64,000 bases of DNA, from positions 27,694 through 91,693 of the forward strand of contig JADJAC010000010.1 of NCBI GenBank assembly GCA_016704425.1, written 5' to 3'. Position numbers and translations under genes: made by a program. Numbering within the stretch: the first letter of the stretch is position 1; every line of letters begins with the position of its first letter. This document shows, piece after piece, positions 61,060-64,000 of the stretch. This stretch comes from Sphingomonadales bacterium. GTDB taxonomy: Bacteria > Pseudomonadota > Alphaproteobacteria > Sphingomonadales > Sphingomonadaceae. The notes under the pieces are model-generated. The model ran no database searches. It had not been told where the DNA came from and saw only the letters and a list, made by a program, of their open reading frames with translations.

Positions 61060-61446
61060 ATGGGCAGCGGAACAGGTCTTGGCCGGGTTCGCGGCCTCGG
61101 ATCGGCACGCAGCGGTTCGCACCACTGGTGGCTTCAACGCGTCACGGCGATGGGCAATGTCGTGCTGGTGCTGTGGTTTCTCTTTGCGCTCGTCCGGTTG
61201 CCCTCGCTCAGCCATGACGCGGTGTCGGGCTGGATCCATTCGCCGCTCAACGCGGTTCCGCTTGCGCTCATGATCATCAATGTCTGCTGGCATTTCCGGT
61301 TGGGGCTGCAGGTCGTGATCGAGGATTATGTCCACGGCGGGATGCGCGTCCTCGCGCTCGGCCTGCTCCACTTCTGGACGTTCGGCACGGGCGGCTTCGC
61401 GCTTTACGCCATTCTGAAAATTGCCTTTGCAGGGACGCCGGCCTGA
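61060..61446 (+). CDS. sdhD: succinate dehydrogenase hydrophobic membrane anchor
   Basis: [23 protein letters not shown]...[13 protein letters not shown]. Confidence 0.9.
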   Translation: MGSGTGLGRVRGLGSARSGSHHWWLQRVTAMGNVVLVLWFLFALVRLPSLSHDAVSGWIHSPLNAVPLALMIINVCWHFRLGLQVVIEDYVHGGMRVLALGLLHFWTFGTGGFALYAILKIAFAGTPA

Positions 61447-63248
61447 TGTCTGAAGCCTACAAGATCATCGATCACACCTATGACACCGTTGTTGTCGGCG
61501 CGGGCGGATCCGGCCTGCGCGCCACAATGGGTAGCGCAGAAGCGGGCTTGCGCACCGCCTGCATCACCAAGGTCTTCCCGACGCGTTCGCACACGGTTGC
61601 AGCGCAGGGCGGGATTGCCGCGTCGCTGGGCAACAACAGCCCGGATCACTGGACCTGGCACATGTACGACACAGTCAAGGGGTCCGACTGGCTGGGCGAT
61701 CAGGACGCGATCGAATATATGGTGCGTGAGGCGCCTGCGGCTGTCTATGAACTCGAACATGCGGGCGTGCCGTTCAGCCGGAACGAGAATGGCACGATCT
61801 ACCAGCGCCCCTTTGGCGGCCACATGCAGAATATGGGCGCCGGCCCGCCTGTCCAGCGCACGGCGGCCGCAGCCGACCGGACGGGTCACGCAATCCTCCA
61901 CGCACTCTACCAGCAGAGCCTGCGTTATGATGCGGATTTCTTCATCGAATATTTCGCGCTCGACCTGATCATGGAAGATGGCGAATGCCGCGGCGTCATC
62001 GCCATGTGCATGGAAGATGGGACGATCCACCGCTTCCGCAGCCATGCCGTCGTGCTGGCAACGGGCGGCTATGGCCGCGCCTATTACACGGCGACATCGG
62101 CACACACCTGCACCGGTGATGGTGGCGGAATGGTGCTGCGCGCAGGCCTTCCGCTGCAGGATCTCGAGTTCGTCCAGTTCCACCCGACCGGCATTTATGG
62201 CGCTGGTGTGCTGATCACTGAAGGCGCGCGCGGCGAAGGCGGTTACCTGACCAATTCCGAAGGGGAGCGGTTCATGGAACGCTATGCGCCCTCTGCCAAG
62301 GATCTTGCCAGCCGCGACGTGGTGAGCCGGTCAATGGCACTAGAAATGCGCGAAGGCCGCGGCGTGGGGCCGCACAAGGATCATATCTATCTTCACCTCG
62401 ACCATATCGATCCCAAGGTGCTGGCGGAACGCCTGCCCGGCATCACGGAAAGCGGAAAGGTTTTTGCAGGCGTTGACCTGACGCGCCAGCCGCTTCCCGT
62501 CACCCCGACGGTTCATTACAATATGGGCGGAATCCCGTGCAATTATCACGGCCAGGTCGTCACGAAAAAGGATGGCAATGACGATGCTATCGTTCCGGGC
62601 CTCTATGCCGTGGGCGAAGCGGCCTGCGTGTCGGTGCACGGCGCCAACCGCCTTGGCTCCAATTCGCTGATCGACCTTGTGGTCTTCGGTCGCGCGACCG
62701 GGTTGCACCTCAAGGAAACGCTGAAGCCCAATGGCGGGCACAAGGCCTTGCCGAAGGATGCCGCCGATCTTGCGCTCGCCCGTGTCGACAAATTCCGCAA
62801 CGCCAAGGGCGGATCACCGACCGCGCAGGTGCGGGTGGAGATGCAGCGAACCATGCAGAAGCATTGTGCCGTCTTCCGCGATACGGCGCTGCTTGCAGAA
62901 GGCGTGGACCTGATGGCCAAGGTCAACAAGCGGATGGAAGACCTGGCTGTCACCGATCGCAGCCTCATCTGGAACACCGACCTGATCGAAACGCTTGAGC
63001 TCGACAATCTGATGAGCCAGGCCGTCTGCACGATCGTCGGTGCCGCAAACCGCAAGGAAAGCCGAGGCGCCCATGCGCATGAGGACTATCCCGACCGCGA
63101 TGACAAGAACTGGATGAAGCACACCATCACCTGGTTTGACGGCTGGGGCGGATCAGGCGGCAACGTAAAGATCGATTACCGCGCGGTCCACGATTACACG
63201 CTGACCGACGAAGCGGAATACATCAAGCCCAAGGCGCGGGTTTACTGA
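61446..63248 (+). CDS. sdhA: succinate dehydrogenase flavoprotein subunit
   Basis: [11 protein letters not shown]...[10 protein letters not shown]...FHPTG...HGANRLG. 600 aa. Confidence 0.97.
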   Translation: MSEAYKIIDHTYDTVVVGAGGSGLRATMGSAEAGLRTACITKVFPTRSHTVAAQGGIAASLGNNSPDHWTWHMYDTVKGSDWLGDQDAIEYMVREAPAAVYELEHAGVPFSRNENGTIYQRPFGGHMQNMGAGPPVQRTAAAADRTGHAILHALYQQSLRYDADFFIEYFALDLIMEDGECRGVIAMCMEDGTIHRFRSHAVVLATGGYGRAYYTATSAHTCTGDGGGMVLRAGLPLQDLEFVQFHPTGIYGAGVLITEGARGEGGYLTNSEGERFMERYAPSAKDLASRDVVSRSMALEMREGRGVGPHKDHIYLHLDHIDPKVLAERLPGITESGKVFAGVDLTRQPLPVTPTVHYNMGGIPCNYHGQVVTKKDGNDDAIVPGLYAVGEAACVSVHGANRLGSNSLIDLVVFGRATGLHLKETLKPNGGHKALPKDAADLALARVDKFRNAKGGSPTAQVRVEMQRTMQKHCAVFRDTALLAEGVDLMAKVNKRMEDLAVTDRSLIWNTDLIETLELDNLMSQAVCTIVGAANRKESRGAHAHEDYPDRDDKNWMKHTITWFDGWGGSGGNVKIDYRAVHDYTLTDEAEYIKPKARVY

Positions 63249-63311
63249 GCGGGATTTCGAGTCTTGGTGTGAGATAGATTTCTTGCATCTGAGTTTGTTG
63301 TTGCCGGTTAT

Positions 63312-63770
63312 ATGGACTCACGCGAAGCCGCAAAGGCGCGAAGAAAGTGTGAGTGCGTGGATGTAGAAGCGTTGGCCGCTTTGGCCGTGGATTGCGGATT
63401 CCAATTGCACCTCCGCCTTGGGCCAGGGCTGCTTGAATCGGTCTCTGAGGCGATCCTGTTCGAGAGGCTGACGCGTTGCGGATTGTCAGTTGATCGGCAA
63501 AAGCCGATCCAGATTCATTTTGATGACGTCATCATCAATGAGGGTTTTCGCGCCGATTTGCTTGTTGAGGGCAAGCTACTGATCGAACTGAAATCTACGG
63601 AGCGTGCCGCTCCCGTCCACGGCAAGCAGGTGCTGACCTACCTTCGCCTCATGAACCTGCCACTTGGCCTTTTGATGAACTTCGGCGCGGCAACATTCAA
63701 GGACGGCGTGAAAAGGATCGTAAACAATCACGTCGACTTTGCGTCTTCGCGGCTTCGCGTGAGAAGTTAA
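63312..63770 (+). CDS. GxxExxY-family PD-(D/E)XK-fold protein (motif variant GLLESVS)
   Basis: LGPGLLESVSEAILFERL...GFRADLLVEGKLLIELKS (D..ExK core)...QVLTYLRLMNLPLGLLMNFG. The true start may be GTG at 63357, because the first and last ~11 codons lie in the flanking inverted repeat. Confidence 0.75.
   Translation: MDSREAAKARRKCECVDVEALAALAVDCGFQLHLRLGPGLLESVSEAILFERLTRCGLSVDRQKPIQIHFDDVIINEGFRADLLVEGKLLIELKSTERAAPVHGKQVLTYLRLMNLPLGLLMNFGAATFKDGVKRIVNNHVDFASSRLRVRS
63317..63343. repeat. left arm of ~27-bp imperfect inverted repeat bracketing the GxxExxY ORF
   Basis: CTCACGCGAAGCCGC (15 perfect bp) plus 12 more positions. Against 63737-63763 the total is 24 Watson-Crick pairs, 2 G:T and 1 mismatch. 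Confidence 0.8.
63737..63763. repeat. right arm of the inverted repeat
   Basis: ...GCGGCTTCGCGTGAG. It ends 5 nt before the ORF stop, mirroring the left arm, which starts 5 nt after the ATG. Confidence 0.8.
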
Positions 63771-63784
63771 GCCGGACCATTGCG

Positions 63785-63913
63785 TCAATCCGGCACTTTC
63801 TTGACCGTCTTGCCAACGGACTCGACGTCGCGGCCGATGCCGCGGACGGTGTTGCAGGCGTTGAGCGTGAGGACGCCTGCGACGAGGGCGATAAGGGCAA
63901 TTTTACGAGCCAT
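63785..63913 (-). CDS. entericidin A/B-family small lipoprotein
   Basis: MARKIALIALVAGVLTLNACNTVRGIGRDVESVGKTVKKVPD with lipobox LNAC. GGAG lies 8 nt before the ATG at 63913. Confidence 0.8.
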   Translation of the reverse strand: MARKIALIALVAGVLTLNACNTVRGIGRDVESVGKTVKKVPD

Positions 63914-64000
63914 GTGCGAGTCTCCGTACTTTGCTTTGGGGCCATTATGGCCAGCGAGGCTGTCGCCACGCTGAATAGCGCTTCCTGACATGAATGGCCA

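Noticed and set aside
63249-64000. Interruption of an sdhCDAB operon by a mobile element (sdhB missing after sdhA)
   Set aside because: sdhB is simply not in the window. Separate sdhB loci occur in some bacteria, and I see no target-site duplication or sdhB fragment. Only the repeat-bracketed ORF itself is reported.
1-64000. Screen for tRNA/rRNA genes, CRISPR arrays, IS elements, integrases, phage or defence-system genes
   Set aside because: No intergenic region shows tRNA-like cloverleaf sequence, and no spaced direct-repeat array is present. No ORF carries transposase, integrase, restriction, Cas or toxin-antitoxin hallmarks. The window is syntenic-looking housekeeping DNA.

Overview
High-GC (~63%) chromosomal core region of an alphaproteobacterium. 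Gene content suggests Sphingomonadales: TrcR/DUF1013, GapR/DUF2312, DUF1192, DUF465, a full ybgC-tolQRAB-pal operon and a TonB-dependent receptor (lineage is inference only). About 70 tightly packed CDS, many with 1-4 nt overlaps. Recognisable blocks are scoA/scoB, rpsO-pnp-truB, tgt/queA, xseB-ispA-coaD, clpA, tol-pal, ruvCAB-yebC, pyk, gpmA, purEK, clpB and sdhCDA. I found no rRNA, tRNA, CRISPR array, transposase, integrase or recognisable defence island, so this is mostly ordinary housekeeping DNA. The points worth a second look are local. (1) A GxxExxY/PD-(D/E)XK ORF is bracketed by a ~27-bp inverted repeat just after sdhA. (2) A DUF2946/TonB-receptor/PepSY locus has its PepSY gene truncated at a junction with a tiny signal-peptide ORF behind terC. 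(3) A VIT-family transporter is frameshifted at a G6 run. (4) RuvC can only keep its catalytic N-terminus with a non-ATG/GTG/TTG start. (5) A LysR regulator faces a self-contained small-hydrophobic-peptide unit. (6) A perfect CRP-type palindrome lies in front of a GGDEF gene. (7) Two ATAG-N7-CTAT boxes flank an OxyR-like regulator that lacks the sensing cysteine. (8) An extra ORF is wedged between scoA and scoB. (9) The tolA C-terminal domain shows a marked GC dip. All family calls come from reading the translations by eye; no database search was run.
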